Shown: positions 9,066 to 20,467, counted from the stretch's first letter. The stretch is 64,000 nt of DNA from an uncultured delta proteobacterium (GCA_963752595.1 CAVVYZ010000030.1:1-64000), one strand, 5' to 3'. A program made the numbers and translations. Notes: generated by a model from the sequence alone, not told the origin.

Positions 9066-10658
9066 CTATGTGTGTTTCCTGTTTATGTAGGCCTGCTGGG
9101 CAATGGAAAGGACATTGCTCACCAGCCAGTAAATGACGAGGCCCGAGGGAAAATTCAGAAAGAGCACGGTAAATAAGACAGGCATGAAGAGCATCATCTT
9201 CTGCTGCATTGCATCCCCGGGAGTCGGTGACATCTTCTGCATGACGAACTGGCTTAAGCCCATAAGGATCGGGGTGATGTAGTAGGGGTCTTTTGCAGAA
9301 AGATCGGGCAGCCAGGTGCCGACGATATAGAACGGTGTGTGCCTGAGCTCGATGGCCGCGTAGAACACCTTGTAGAGCGCGAACAGGATGGGGATCTGCA
9401 GGAGCATGGGCAGGCACCCGCCCATGGGGTTGATCTTGTGCTCGGAGTAGAGCTTCATCATCTCCTGGTTGAGCTTCTGCTTGTCTTCTTTATACTTAGC
9501 CTGGATCTCCTTCATGAGCGGCTGGATCTTCTGGAGCTCCTTCATTGACTTGAAGCTCTTGAGCGTCAGCGGATACAGGAGGATCTTGATGATGATGGTC
9601 AGGAGGATGATGGTGAGCCCATAGCTCTTGGTAAAGCCGTAGATCCAGTTCATTGCTCTCAGGAGAGGCTTGGCGATGATGTCGAAGAAACCGAAGTCGA
9701 GTGCCTTGTTCAGTCCGTACCCGACCGATTTCAAGGTTTCCAGCTCCTTGGGCCCGATGAAGATGACGTAATCCCTGCCTATACCGGCTCCCGGCTGTAG
9801 GGTTGCCGAGGGGGCAGCATAACTCATCCTGATGATGTTTTCGTTTATCCGTTTGATGGTAAGGGTGCTGTCAACCGGTGATTTGGGGATGACCGTCTCG
9901 AGAAAGTATGTGTCGACGAACCCGAACCACTGGATCTGCCCCGGAAAATCTCTGTACACGCCGACATCTTCCACCTTCGACACCTTGAATTCTTCCAGGT
10001 GTTTTTCCGTGAGGAGTACCGGACCCTCGAAGGTATACCTGCTCGTTTCCTTATCCTTGGGATAGAGCTCGTCCACTAAAAGGCGCGTATTTACCTTCAT
10101 GGCCTGGGCGGTGTGATTCTCCGTGACCATCCTGAACCCGATGGTATAGGCTGCCGCATCGATGGTATAGATCTTTTTCAGGGTAACGCCCCGGTCAACC
10201 TGCGCCGTAAAGACGAGCTGCCTGGGTATGGCTCCCGGGCTCGATTGCTCCGGCTTATCCACGGCATAGACAACGGATGCATCAGTGAACGTATCATCGA
10301 TGCCGACCAGCGGCATTGGTGTTTGCACGACCTCTACTGTCTTCGAGTTCGGATCGAGAGTTTCCCGGTACTTCTTGAGCTGGAAAGATCTCAACGTGGC
10401 GCCTGCGGTGCTCCAAGTGGCCCGATAGAGCGGTGTATCTATGACGATAGCCTCTGCCTGCCGGGACGGGGCTTGGGGATTTTGTCCCGGAGAAGGCATT
10501 TCAATGGCGGGCAGGGGGGTTTTCTCAGGGGCCGGGGCTTCCTGCTTCACAGTCTGTTTGGGAGGCTGTTTGGGGGCATTGGGCTTGATGTAGTAAATAT
10601 CCCAGACCAGCAGTATTACCAGTGATATGACAACGGCAAGCAGGGTCCTTTTTTCCAT
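9066..10658 (-). CDS. yidC: Membrane protein insertase
   Basis: MEKRTLLAVVISL, GPKE, INPMGGCLPMLLQIPILFALY, PSGLVIYW. Confidence 0.97.
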   Translation of the reverse strand: MEKRTLLAVVISLVILLVWDIYYIKPNAPKQPPKQTVKQEAPAPEKTPLPAIEMPSPGQNPQAPSRQAEAIVIDTPLYRATWSTAGATLRSFQLKKYRETLDPNSKTVEVVQTPMPLVGIDDTFTDASVVYAVDKPEQSSPGAIPRQLVFTAQVDRGVTLKKIYTIDAAAYTIGFRMVTENHTAQAMKVNTRLLVDELYPKDKETSRYTFEGPVLLTEKHLEEFKVSKVEDVGVYRDFPGQIQWFGFVDTYFLETVIPKSPVDSTLTIKRINENIIRMSYAAPSATLQPGAGIGRDYVIFIGPKELETLKSVGYGLNKALDFGFFDIIAKPLLRAMNWIYGFTKSYGLTIILLTIIIKILLYPLTLKSFKSMKELQKIQPLMKEIQAKYKEDKQKLNQEMMKLYSEHKINPMGGCLPMLLQIPILFALYKVFYAAIELRHTPFYIVGTWLPDLSAKDPYYITPILMGLSQFVMQKMSPTPGDAMQQKMMLFMPVLFTVLFLNFPSGLVIYWLVSNVLSIAQQAYINRKHT

Positions 10659-10681
10659 AGGATCAGGTCTCCTTGGATGAT

Positions 10682-10891
10682 TTAAACAGGGTCAATTCCG
10701 CCGGGATGAAAGGGATGGCACTTCATCACCCGACACGAGGTCTTGAGGACGCCCTTTACGGCTCCGTACTTTTGAATCGCCTCTATGGCATACTGAGAAC
10801 AGGTAGGCCAGAATCTGCAAGATCCTGGGAGCATTGGGGATATTGTCTTCTGATACAGACGGACAGCCAGGATGAGCGCTTTCCCTACCAT
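10682..10891 (-). CDS. yidD: Membrane protein insertion efficiency factor
   Basis: [30 protein letters not shown]. Confidence 0.95.
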   Translation of the reverse strand: MVGKALILAVRLYQKTISPMLPGSCRFWPTCSQYAIEAIQKYGAVKGVLKTSCRVMKCHPFHPGGIDPV

Positions 10892-11232
10892 GTTCGTGAT
10901 CCCATGGCAGTGTGAATTTCCTGAATGAGCATCTGATAGCATGCTTTTTGTTCCTGTTTTCTCGCTATGAGGACAATATCATACCCGGGTGGGAAGATCT
11001 CTTTGTGCTTACGATATATTTCCCGTAAGAGCCTCTTTATTCTATTCCTCTCGACAGCGGTTCCGATCCTTTTGCTCACGGTTATGCCGATACGTGCATA
11101 GTCCAGTGAATTGGGAGCGGCCAGGATTATGACATGTTCAGTAACCAGACGGCGAACTTTTGTCGCCTCTACCCGTAGGAAATCCCGCCGTTTTCTCAGC
11201 CGCTCTTGCTTCGGGAACCTTTGGTCTGACAT
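10885..11232 (-). CDS. rnpA: Ribonuclease P protein component
   Basis: [33 protein letters not shown]. Confidence 0.95.
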   Translation of the reverse strand: MSDQRFPKQERLRKRRDFLRVEATKVRRLVTEHVIILAAPNSLDYARIGITVSKRIGTAVERNRIKRLLREIYRKHKEIFPPGYDIVLIARKQEQKACYQMLIQEIHTAMGSRTW

Positions 11233-11366
11233 TATCCTGCCAAACGCTTACGTCCCTTGGCTCTCCTCGCATTGATTACAGCTCTGCCGCCTTTTGTGCG
11301 CATACGGACGAGAAAACCGTGTGTACGCTTGCGCCTGGTATTATGGGGTTGAAATGTCCGCTTCAT
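11232..11366 (-). CDS. rpmH: 50S ribosomal protein L34
   Basis: Manual translation [44 protein letters not shown] (44 aa); TAATG overlap with rnpA. Confidence 0.97.
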   Translation of the reverse strand: MKRTFQPHNTRRKRTHGFLVRMRTKGGRAVINARRAKGRKRLAG

Positions 11367-11588
11367 TAAATACCTCGATCTTCGAATTTAGGCGCATAGT
11401 AATGACATACCCCCCATATGCTTGTCAAGCGGCAAAAGGAAGCGCGCATCTGCAATATCGGATAGTTATTATCAGGGTTGCAAGGAGGTGAATCAGGGGA
11501 AATGATCAATGAGCGAAAGACCGGCCCGAAGCTTAAAAGATTCGTCCCTTGTCATGCTTGATGATTATCGGGTATAAACCCATGTGCC

Positions 11589-12257
11589 ATGAAAGGGATA
11601 TTCTGCACAAAAGAGGTGAGCAGAGGCATAGACGGAAAAGCTCTGGCCGTACGCACTATGCTGGAAAAGAAACTCGAAGGGTGTGTCGTCTATACCATGG
11701 ATCAGGTTCATTCCGACCGGATCGTGCTCGCAGAAGACTTGAATCCCGGGGAAATACCCGAGGCTGACGCGATCATCTCCCGGAATGAGAATGACCTCCT
11801 CTGCATCCGCACTGCAGATTGCGTCCCCGTGCTGGCCTGGGCAGAGGATACCACCCTTATCGCGGCGATTCATGCGGGATGGAGAGGCCTTGCCCTGAAT
11901 ATCGTGGAAAAATGCATCCTTGCCATGCGTTCGCTCGGGGGGAAAGATATCCGGGCAAGCATAGGACCTGCCATAGGCAAATGCTGTTATGTCGTGAAGG
12001 CCGATGTGGTCGAGGCCTTACATGTGGAGCCCGAGACGAACGGTGAGGGTTCCCTGGTTGTCGACCTCTGGCAGGTTGCCGCATCAGGTCTCGAACGTGC
12101 CGGGGTAGGAAAAAGTTCTATCGATATCAAAGGCCTGTGCACCTCGTGCGAAACGGAGCGGTTCTTCTCCTATCGCAGGCAGGGCGCTACCGCAGGCAGG
12201 AATATCTCTGCAATCGGGGGGAGGTCATGGTCGTTGCCGGGCTTACTGGTGGGATAG
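11589..12257 (+). CDS. pgeF: PgeF/YfiH-family purine nucleoside phosphorylase (laccase-domain protein)
   Basis: QVHS, ADAII, TADCVPV, HAGWRG, GPAIGKCCY, CTSC, FFSYRR. Confidence 0.9.
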   Translation: MKGIFCTKEVSRGIDGKALAVRTMLEKKLEGCVVYTMDQVHSDRIVLAEDLNPGEIPEADAIISRNENDLLCIRTADCVPVLAWAEDTTLIAAIHAGWRGLALNIVEKCILAMRSLGGKDIRASIGPAIGKCCYVVKADVVEALHVEPETNGEGSLVVDLWQVAASGLERAGVGKSSIDIKGLCTSCETERFFSYRRQGATAGRNISAIGGRSWSLPGLLVG

Positions 12258-12832
12258 CAACGGGGAAATCCACGGTGGCCGAAGCCTTTGCTTCGTTCGG
12301 AGCCGAAGTAATCGACGCGGACAAGATTGCCCGGGAAGTTGTGCAGAAAGAGATGCCGGCGTGGCGACTCATCCGGGAGCATTTCGGCCATGAGGTGTTC
12401 TTGGACGACGGGCAGATCGACAGGGAGTCTCTTGGGTCGATCATATTCGATGACGCTCAGAAGAAGGCCTTGCTCAACAGGATCGTACACCCCGCAGTAT
12501 TCGAGGAAATAGAGAGGCGCCTCCGCGGGCTCAGGCCGGAAGAATGCGGGAAAGTGGTCGTCTGTGATGTACCTTTGCTGATCGAAACCGGGATGTACCG
12601 TGATTTCGAAGAAGTGATCCTCGTGTATGTGCCGCATACCTTTCAGGTTGAGCGCCTCATGTCCCGGGATGGAATCTCAAGGGAGGCGGCCCTCAAAAAG
12701 GTGAATTCCCAGATGCCCATCGAAGAAAAGAGACAGTACGCGACCATTATCATAGATAACAGCGGATCGCGTAAGGAGACCTTCGAACAAGCCCTCTCGG
12801 CCTATCGGCATCTGAAAGAAAAAGCAGAATAA
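12227..12832 (+). CDS. coaE: Dephospho-CoA kinase
   Basis: GLTGGIATGKST, DADKIAR, IVHP, DVPLLIE, SQMP. Confidence 0.95.
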   Translation: MVVAGLTGGIATGKSTVAEAFASFGAEVIDADKIAREVVQKEMPAWRLIREHFGHEVFLDDGQIDRESLGSIIFDDAQKKALLNRIVHPAVFEEIERRLRGLRPEECGKVVVCDVPLLIETGMYRDFEEVILVYVPHTFQVERLMSRDGISREAALKKVNSQMPIEEKRQYATIIIDNSGSRKETFEQALSAYRHLKEKAE

Positions 12833-12861
12833 TGTATTCCCCGCCCGTCTTTTTAAGGATG

Positions 12862-12910
12862 CCCTGCCGGGTACTCTGATGGTACGAAAGGGATGAACCC
12901 GGCACCAGGG
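12862..12910. terminator. Hairpin between convergent coaE and TPR genes
   Basis: TGCCGGGT (12865-12872) pairs with ACCCGGCA (12897-12904), extended by CCCT/AGGG. Confidence 0.45.
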
Positions 12911-12935
12911 TTTCCGGAAGGTCGTAAATGGATGC

Positions 12936-13877
12936 TCAGCCCTTTTCCTGAGCCCTGACAGATGCAGGGTTGGTTTCATCGGAAGCAAGAGGCTTTTCAG
13001 CGGGTGCGTCCTCATCTCCGGTTTCTTGCCCCGTGTCAGAGGTCTCTTTCATCTTGGGGATATTGTCCGGATGCACCCTGGCGAGAGAAGGCCCGGGAGG
13101 TGTTCCTTTTTGATCTTTTTCCGAAGTCCTGCCGCCTGCTGAATCCTCTCCCATCATTTCCCTTCGGATAAGGTTTTCAAACTGTTTGGCTTCCCGGAAC
13201 GCCGGGTTTGCGGCAACGGACTTCTCTATCCAGATCAGGGCGTATTCCAGGTCTTTTGCGTCAAAATACAGTCTTGCTACGTTGAAATAGAGGTTCTCAT
13301 CGGTCGGGGAGATCTCCAGGGCCTTCAAATAATTGCCCAGGGCTTCCTCGCCCATGCTCGCCTTTCTCAGTTCAATGCCGAACTCGTTAAAAATATGCTT
13401 GTTTTCTTCCTCGAAGATCGCGTCTACCTGGGAGAGTTTCTTGAACACGCTCTTGGCTTTGTCGGTCTGGCCCGTTTCCATGTAGAGCGTGCCTATGCCG
13501 AAATTTGCCCTGATGCTTTCCGGGTCGATCTTCAGTGCCGAGGTGTATTCCCACTCGGCTGAATTGAGCTCGTTGTGGGCCCGGTGCTTTTCCGCCCGTG
13601 AGAGATGTTTGTCGTGCTCGCGCTCTTCCTTTGTTTTCACCTTGTAATCAGGCTCAAAGGTGTACTTGCTCAGGAACTCGTCATACGGCATTTTCACTAC
13701 GATCCCCGTAGGCTGGCCCTCATTTCCGAGGTAGCTTATCTCGATCGTTTCCTCATCGATTTGTTCCGCAAAGCAAAAATTCTTCACCCGCTGGGTCTTC
13801 TGGGTATGGCCTGTGCCAAGGGTAATCGTTGTTTCCTCGAAGAACACTCCTTTGATCTTTTTCAGGTAAGTACTCAT
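12936..13877 (-). CDS. Tetratricopeptide repeat protein
   Basis: TPR-like segments (ANFGIGTLY, FNEFGIELRK, DENLYFNVARLY); low-complexity tail. Confidence 0.8.
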   Translation of the reverse strand: MSTYLKKIKGVFFEETTITLGTGHTQKTQRVKNFCFAEQIDEETIEISYLGNEGQPTGIVVKMPYDEFLSKYTFEPDYKVKTKEEREHDKHLSRAEKHRAHNELNSAEWEYTSALKIDPESIRANFGIGTLYMETGQTDKAKSVFKKLSQVDAIFEEENKHIFNEFGIELRKASMGEEALGNYLKALEISPTDENLYFNVARLYFDAKDLEYALIWIEKSVAANPAFREAKQFENLIRREMMGEDSAGGRTSEKDQKGTPPGPSLARVHPDNIPKMKETSDTGQETGDEDAPAEKPLASDETNPASVRAQEKG

Positions 13878-13995
13878 AGTTTTTGTATCGGAAAGTGAAT
13901 TTCATAAAGTTAATATTTTTTATAAAAATGAGTATTGTTGACGAAAAGGTGCCAGTATGGCAAGCCAGGTATAGTTGTTGAGAGAGGAGGATATC

Positions 13996-14796
13996 ATGGG
14001 TGCTTTAGGATTCATCGGAGCCGGGAATATGGCAGAGGCCATTATCGGTGGGGTTCTCAAAAAAGGGCTGTATAAGCCGCTGGAAATCCTGATTTACGAT
14101 ATCCGCCCCGAGAGGGTTAAAGAAATATCTGCCATGTACGGTGTCGGAGTCTCGGATACGCTTCAGGATCTTGCCAGGGACAGTGCTGCTGTCCTTGTTG
14201 CCGTAAAGCCCGACAAGGTCTCGACTGTTCTCAGCCAGGTGAAGGACCTCCTGAGGGGAAAGCTTGTTATCAGCATCGCCGCAGGCATACCGATCAGTGC
14301 GATTCAAACCGTCATAGGGGCCGATGCAAAGGTCGTGCGGGTCATGCCCAATACCCCTGCCCTGGTGCTGGAAGGCGCCTCTGCAATTGCCGTGTCTCAA
14401 CCCTGCGGCGAGGATGAGGTCAGGACCGCAACGGATATCTTCTCTGCCATCGGTCGGTGCAGGCAGGTGAGCGAGGGGATGATGAACGCGGTTACCGCGC
14501 TGTCAGGGTCAGGGCCGGCATTCTGTTTCCTCTTCATTGAGGCGCTTGCCGACGGAGGCGTGAGGGCAGGGCTGCCGAGGGATCTTGCATTGGAACTGGC
14601 CGCAGCGACCGTTCGGGGTGCTGCAACTATGGTGCTCCAGACCGGCAAGCATCCTGGAGAGCTCAAGGATATGGTGACCTCGCCTGGAGGTACCACGATC
14701 GATGGGATCAGCGCCCTTGAGTCGGGAGGATTCAGATCGGCTACCATGAATGCCGTGTATGCGGCATATCAGAAGGCAGGCAAGCTCACCTCCTAG
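13996..14796 (+). CDS. proC: Pyrroline-5-carboxylate reductase
   Basis: GFIGAGNMA, RVMPNTP, SGSGPA, VTSPGGTT; SD GAGGAG. Confidence 0.96.
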   Translation: MGALGFIGAGNMAEAIIGGVLKKGLYKPLEILIYDIRPERVKEISAMYGVGVSDTLQDLARDSAAVLVAVKPDKVSTVLSQVKDLLRGKLVISIAAGIPISAIQTVIGADAKVVRVMPNTPALVLEGASAIAVSQPCGEDEVRTATDIFSAIGRCRQVSEGMMNAVTALSGSGPAFCFLFIEALADGGVRAGLPRDLALELAAATVRGAATMVLQTGKHPGELKDMVTSPGGTTIDGISALESGGFRSATMNAVYAAYQKAGKLTS

Positions 14797-14911
14797 TAAG
14801 ACTGCACCAACCGACAAGCAAGGGCTTTGGTCAAAAGTGCATGAAGCGAGGCAGTACGTCTGACCGAAGCACCGCCTTGCACCGGGAGGCGAAAAGCCGG
14901 ATTTAAGGCTT

Positions 14912-15565
14912 CTACACCCTGGTATTCTTAATGATCTCCACCGCATCCTTCGGCGAGTCGACCACGGTGAAGATGGACCGGTCCTCGGGTAAGATCATTT
15001 TCTCCATGATCATGGTTTCCTTGATCCAGCTCAGGAGGCCTCCCCAGTATTCCGACCCCACGAGGATTACCGGAAATGGTTTTATCTTGTCGGTCTGAAT
15101 GAGGGTCAGAGACTCGAAGAGCTCATCCATGGTTCCGAACCCTCCGGGGAAAATGACATAGCTCATGGCATACTTGACGAACATGACCTTTCTCACAAAG
15201 AAATAGCGGAAATTCAGGTGTACGTTTGTATAGGGGTTGAGATGCTGCTCGAACGGCAGCACGATATTGAGCCCTACGGACTGCCCGCCAGCGTCGAAAG
15301 CGCCCTTGTTGCCCGCCTCCATGATGCCGGGCCCGCCGCCGGTTATGACACTGAAACCTTCTTTTGCCAGCAGGCCGCCCATCTGTTCCGCCATGGCGTA
15401 GTACTTGTCACCGGGCTTTGACCGTGAGGAGCCGAAGATCGTAACGGCAGGCTCAAGTCTGGACAGCGTCTCGATACCGTCCACGAATTCAGCCATGATG
15501 CGGAATATTCTCCATGATTCATCGGAACTGATCTGGTCGATGAGATAGCGATCGGGTTTCTTCAT
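14912..15565 (-). CDS. LOG-family (TIGR00730) nucleotide phosphoribohydrolase
   Basis: TGGGPGIMEA, FFVRKVMF, PGGFGTMDE; SD AAGGAG. Confidence 0.9.
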   Translation of the reverse strand: MKKPDRYLIDQISSDESWRIFRIMAEFVDGIETLSRLEPAVTIFGSSRSKPGDKYYAMAEQMGGLLAKEGFSVITGGGPGIMEAGNKGAFDAGGQSVGLNIVLPFEQHLNPYTNVHLNFRYFFVRKVMFVKYAMSYVIFPGGFGTMDELFESLTLIQTDKIKPFPVILVGSEYWGGLLSWIKETMIMEKMILPEDRSIFTVVDSPKDAVEIIKNTRV

Positions 15566-15650
15566 GTATGCTCCTTCACAGTTAACCATATTTATTATAC
15601 CTATGTTCCCTTTCATAAGCCAGGTATGATATGGGGATGTGATAAAAATT

Positions 15651-16544
15651 ATGATCGATCTCCATATCCATACATTGCACTCCAGCGACGGGCAATACAC
15701 GCCTGCCGATATCATTTCTCTTGCAAGGAGGTGCGGGCTCACCGCTCTTGCCTTCTGCGATCACATGGACATCGCCGCTGCTGCCGAAGGGATGGACCTT
15801 GCTCCCCGGGAAGGTATCGAGTTTTTTACCGGGGTTGAGCTCTCCACCACCTGGGAGGGGAGAGAATACCACCTCCTCTGCTACGGGTTCGATCCGGGAA
15901 GCCCTGCCATGCGGGAATTCATCACACACAACTGCGCTCTTGCATGGGCGAATGTCGATGCTATCCTTACGTATTTCCGCGATCTCGGGTTTCTCCTGAG
16001 GGCTGAGGAGGTCAGCGGATGGGGGAAGTCGGTCCCCACCGGGGTAACGATGCTCAAGGCCCTGGTTAAGTGCAATCCGGACGATGCCGGACTCCATCGC
16101 TATACCCATGGAGACCGTTCCGATTCTCCCTACCTCAACTTCTACCAGGATTTTTCCCTGTCCGGCTTCGGCAAGACGTTTTCTTCCGAGTTTCCTTCCT
16201 TGAAAAAAACCATTGAGGAGATGAAAGAACACGGCGTTCTCGTCCTGGCACACCCTGGCCGGATAAGCAGGGATGCGCTCTTGAAGCTGAAAGGATACGG
16301 GCTGCAGGGCGTCGAGGTGTACAGCACCCACCACACGCCCGAGACTATTCTGTATGTTGACTGCCTGGCGCGATCCCTGGGTCTCTTCGCGAGTGCGGGG
16401 TCGGATTTCCACGGAGAGAAGATCAAGCCCGACATTTCCCTGGGCAATGTTGCCGGTAAGCCTGATCCTGCCCTGATAGAGGCTGTCAGGGGTTCCATGG
16501 CCGCATGGCACGGGGAAAAGCACGGGTCGGATGGCACTGGATAA
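15651..16544 (+). CDS. PHP-domain phosphoesterase (YciV/TrpH-like)
   Basis: DLHIHTLHSSDG, CDH, GVELS, HLLCYG, LAHPG, GSDFHG. Confidence 0.88.
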   Translation: MIDLHIHTLHSSDGQYTPADIISLARRCGLTALAFCDHMDIAAAAEGMDLAPREGIEFFTGVELSTTWEGREYHLLCYGFDPGSPAMREFITHNCALAWANVDAILTYFRDLGFLLRAEEVSGWGKSVPTGVTMLKALVKCNPDDAGLHRYTHGDRSDSPYLNFYQDFSLSGFGKTFSSEFPSLKKTIEEMKEHGVLVLAHPGRISRDALLKLKGYGLQGVEVYSTHHTPETILYVDCLARSLGLFASAGSDFHGEKIKPDISLGNVAGKPDPALIEAVRGSMAAWHGEKHGSDGTG

Positions 16545-16582
16545 TGGTTCCGGTAGAGTGGAGTATCCTGTAATCCTGCTTG

Positions 16583-18182
16583 TCATTGTTCGATAATGAC
16601 CGGCTCCAGAAGGATCACAAGTTCCTGGGTCTCAACGCTCTTTACCTTCTGGCTGAAGAGGTACCCGACGATGGGGATGGTTCCCAGTATGGGGATGCTC
16701 TTTGTCTGGTCCGAGAGGTCCTTGCTGATGAGCCCGCCCAGCGCAACGACATTGCCGCTCTTTACCCTGAGCTGGGTGGTTGCCTCTTTCAGGTCGATCG
16801 TTGGCAGCGTGAAGGTGCCCACATCGCCAAAACTCCCGATGGTTCTCTCCTCGAGCTTGACCACCTTGCTTTTGATCGGGGTTATGGTGAGATTGACCTC
16901 GTTCGTTTCGAGGTCGATATAAGGCTGAACGCCGAGCATGATCCCATCGAAGACCGCGCTTATGGTAACCTCGATATCTTCTTCGGTACGCCCCTCGGTG
17001 ATCGTCGTCGTCTTTTCTACCTTCTCGACATAGCTGCTGTTCGTGCCGACGCTGATGAGCGCGGGCTGTCCGTTCGTCACCCTGATCCTCGGGTTCGAAA
17101 GGACCTTGATATTCCCGAATTCCTGAAGTGCTTCGAGCGCTGCATCGATGCCGTGTTTGGTTGAACCTACCTGGATCTCCAGGGCAGGGGTCAGGCTGTC
17201 CGAATTGAACGCGAGCCTCTGCTGGATGGGGTTGAACGCATAATCGCCTATCGTGCCGTGAATACTCGTCCAGTCGATACCGTACTTCGAAGAGTCATTC
17301 AGGGAGACCTCCAGGATTTTTGCCGTGATGATCACCTGGGAGTTATAATAGGTTTTCAAAGTCCTGATATAGGAATCGATCCGGGCGATGGAATTTTTCC
17401 GGTCATTGACCTCCAGAAACCCGATGGCCCTGTTGAGTGAGTAACTCCCGTGACCGCTCAGGGACGAGTTGACTATCTGTTCGACCTGGGCATAGATGTC
17501 GTTGCTTGCAGAGGGGGTAGTGGACTGGATGGAGAACTGTCCTGAGAGGGGGCTCGTGGAGCTTCCCCCTTCGCTCCCGCTTCCGCTCCCGCCGTTCAGG
17601 ACGTCGCCTCCCACCGAGAGTTTTGTCTCTTTCTGGGATGAAATGAAGTTGAGATGATAGGTCCTGGAATCGGTTCCTTTTACATACAGGCATTTCCCAC
17701 GAATTTCAGAAAAAATATTCAGCGATTCCGAGAGGTTTTTCAGCGCCTCATCGAGGGGGGTCTTGTTGAATGCGACATTGACCGGCCTTAAGAGAATCGG
17801 GCAGCGTGCTCGATTGCATACCCTGGGCAGGGGTGCCTGATGCCGCAGCCGGCTGGACATAAGCAGAAAATGAGGAACCTTCGGAAACAAGCCGCGAATC
17901 GATCACGAGATCCAGCCCTGCAATATCGGAAATGGCGGAAAAGATATCAGTGAAACCGGCGTTGCTCGCAGTGAGGGTAATTGTTTTGCCGGCCAGCGGG
18001 TCGGGCTTTTCCTCGACTGCAGGTGGTTTGACTTCAGGGAGCTCACGGGGGGCAAGGGGAGTTACCTGAGAGGTCTCCTTCTCTATTTCGGATGCTTCCT
18101 TTTTCATGATCTTGTCCGTGGAGCATCCCCCCAGGAGAATAATGATACAGAAAAATACTAAGAGCCTAATATGCCTTGACAT
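16583..18182 (-). CDS. MshL/GspD-type secretin with lipoprotein signal (one frameshift near 17780)
   Basis: N-part (17748-18182) has lipobox ILLGGC; C-part has QVIITAKILEV, YGIDW, VLSNPRIRVTNGQPALISVG, IPILGTIPIVGYLF, ELVILLEP. Confidence 0.85.
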
Positions 18183-18624
18183 GGATTGTCTCCTCGATCC
18201 CATCGAGATAACGAATCGTAACTGAATTATTTTGTATTGCAGTAAGGGTAAATAAGCCCGAGCTCTCTCCCGCCTTCATCTTTTTCCCATTGATCACGCT
18301 GAAACTTTTTGCATTACCGGCCACGATCATGCTTACCGAAACAGGCGGATGTGCGACAGACTCCTCGATTACATACCCCGTATCCTCTAACGGGATCTTC
18401 ATCGATCGGAGTTTCATGGAGAAAACGTTTCTGACGCTTTCGGGGAAAACTGTTTCCTGGGTATTCCCGGATGATACACCCAATTGGTCTATGTATTTCA
18501 AAAACTCTGGCCGGGCCAGTACAAACGGTTTGGGTTCGGGTACTATGAACGACATGATACCGCATGCGAAGACTGCTGCGATGGGGAAGGTAAAGAGTGC
18601 GATGATCTTCGGATCAAGCTTCAT
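18166..18624 (-). CDS. MshK-like membrane-anchored pilus assembly protein
   Basis: N-terminal TM, VINGKKMKAGE...LTAIQNNSVTI; position directly before secretin. Confidence 0.55.
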   Translation of the reverse strand: MKLDPKIIALFTFPIAAVFACGIMSFIVPEPKPFVLARPEFLKYIDQLGVSSGNTQETVFPESVRNVFSMKLRSMKIPLEDTGYVIEESVAHPPVSVSMIVAGNAKSFSVINGKKMKAGESSGLFTLTAIQNNSVTIRYLDGIEETIHVKAY

Positions 18625-19017
18625 TGCCCGGTGCCTCCCCTCTTGAACCCCGTAACCGAGAGCTTGATGCCATCAGGCGTGCTTTCGAGGACAGCACTCT
18701 TCAGAAAGAAGAATCCGTAGTCATATGTTGAAACGATTTTCTCGTTCAGTTCGTCGAAATCAGCAGGATGCAGGGTTATCTCGTAATTCACATTTGCTGC
18801 CTTATCTTTCGAGAGTCGGCCGAGGCTTGACCATCGCTGTTAGAAGGCACTCAGCCTGGCGCTGTAGGTCTCTTTTTCCGAGCGGGCATTCATGGCGGTA
18901 CGGTATCGTTTCTCATTGTATTCCAATCTGGTAAGGCTGGATTGATAGTAATAATATGAGGACATGAGGCCAGGGTGCTGATGAGCGCTGCGATAACGGC
19001 CGGACGGAAGATTTCAT
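18621..19017 (-). CDS. Probable PilO/MshJ-like alignment protein (frameshifted)
   Basis: ATG at 19017 overlapping upstream stop, hydrophobic N-terminal stretch, ATGA coupling to next gene; frame broken several times. Confidence 0.4.
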
Positions 19018-20467
19018 TTCTTTGCCTCACATTCTACCGAGCAGCTCGCCTGGTCCTCAGTGTGCTGGAACGAGGCGCCTAGGACAGGATAGTATGTCTG
19101 CACCCCTGACAGGAAGGTGGAAAACAGGATTTTCGACTGGGGGTACTGGGCCGTGATCACCCCTTCTATCCTCACACGGAACGAGGGATTGCTCGTTGAC
19201 GGCATCTGATGCTCCTGCCCGTCCGGCTGGGCGGTGTTGCCGGCTTGGTCGGGCTGCACACGGACCGCAGGATCTCGATACGCTTGAGTGCCATGTCGTG
19301 GGGAACGGCCTGCGTTATGGTCCCCAGGATTGCGTAGAGCTTGGGCTCTGACTGGAAATCCTGGTACAGGCTGATGAGCTCGTTGATATGAGATAAGTCC
19401 AGCTCTTTCAAAAGACCTGCATAATCCCGTTCAAGGGTGCTCATGTCCTTTGCGTACTCCTGTTGGGCTCTTCTGGTTTTCTGTTCGTAGTCCAGTGCCA
19501 CAGATGAGTTGTGGAAACCGAGAAAGAAGAACAGCGCGGACAGGACCGCCAAGGCCAGTGAGATCCCAATGGAGTAGTGTGCAAAAGCTGCAATGGCTTT
19601 CGTCTCGCATACGCCTGGGGAAGGAAGTTATAGCTTACGCAAAAAACATTGCCCAGGAGCATGATGGAAGTATGTCCGTCTACAGGCAGGCCTTCGATCT
19701 CAAATACTTCCGCCTCGATACCGTTCTCCTGCAGCTCGGCCGTGGAGATCTCACCCTGGCTCATGATGTAAACGGCCGCGGGGGTCCGTTATAAGTGTTT
19801 TTCATCAGGGAAATCATCTCGCTGATGCCCTGCCAGGACCCGGCAAAGAGTCGAAGGCATTCTTCTGAATGGTGATAGAGATAGATGATGCCTTCCTTAG
19901 AGCTGATCCGTACGAAAGAATCGTCTTCGAATACGGCTACTGACATCTCCTTTGTGCGGCCGGCAATGAGGGATGCGATGGACGCCTCTACCGGGCAGTA
20001 CGTATCGAGAAATACCTCTTTCTCGTTCAGTATGCCGATCCTCGCTACCTCGCTCGCCGGTACGGCAAGATAGGAGAACCGTGCGCGAACGCTATCGATA
20101 TCGTAGACCTTGTGGAAGGAAAAAGAATACTGCTCATTGAAGAGTCCGGTCTTATCGATGGTAGACCGGATATGGGCAAGGGTTGCCTCGTTGGAAACAC
20201 TGGAAAATCCCCCGTGTCCGCATAGATGCTCCGGGGAGAAAAGCATACCGACAGGGTTTTCGATCCAAAGCCGATCTTCTGGAACTCCTCGGTGCCGACG
20301 GTGTGGACGTCCCGAAAAATCACCTGGCCCTTGTCTGTGGCGTAAGATGCAATCCTGTGCTCGCCCTCCTGCAGGGAGACGGTGTATCCTGACTTCCCGC
20401 TTCTCTTTGCCGAGCCGGGCCTCTTCGCCGTAATGTCCTTCAATTTCTGCAGAATATCCAAACCCAT
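19014..20467 (-). CDS. PilM/PilN-like (MshI-type) assembly protein, multiply frameshifted
   Basis: Consecutive overlapping ORF pieces; cytoplasmic domain, YNFLP, TM, coiled coil, ITQAVPHDMALKRI, RIEG. Confidence 0.55.

Noticed and set aside
11367-11588. oriC next to rpmH
   Set aside because: No DnaA boxes or AT-rich unwinding element seen, and no dnaA
15582-16586. 334-aa minus-strand ORF
   Set aside because: Antisense to the PHP gene; no recognisable features
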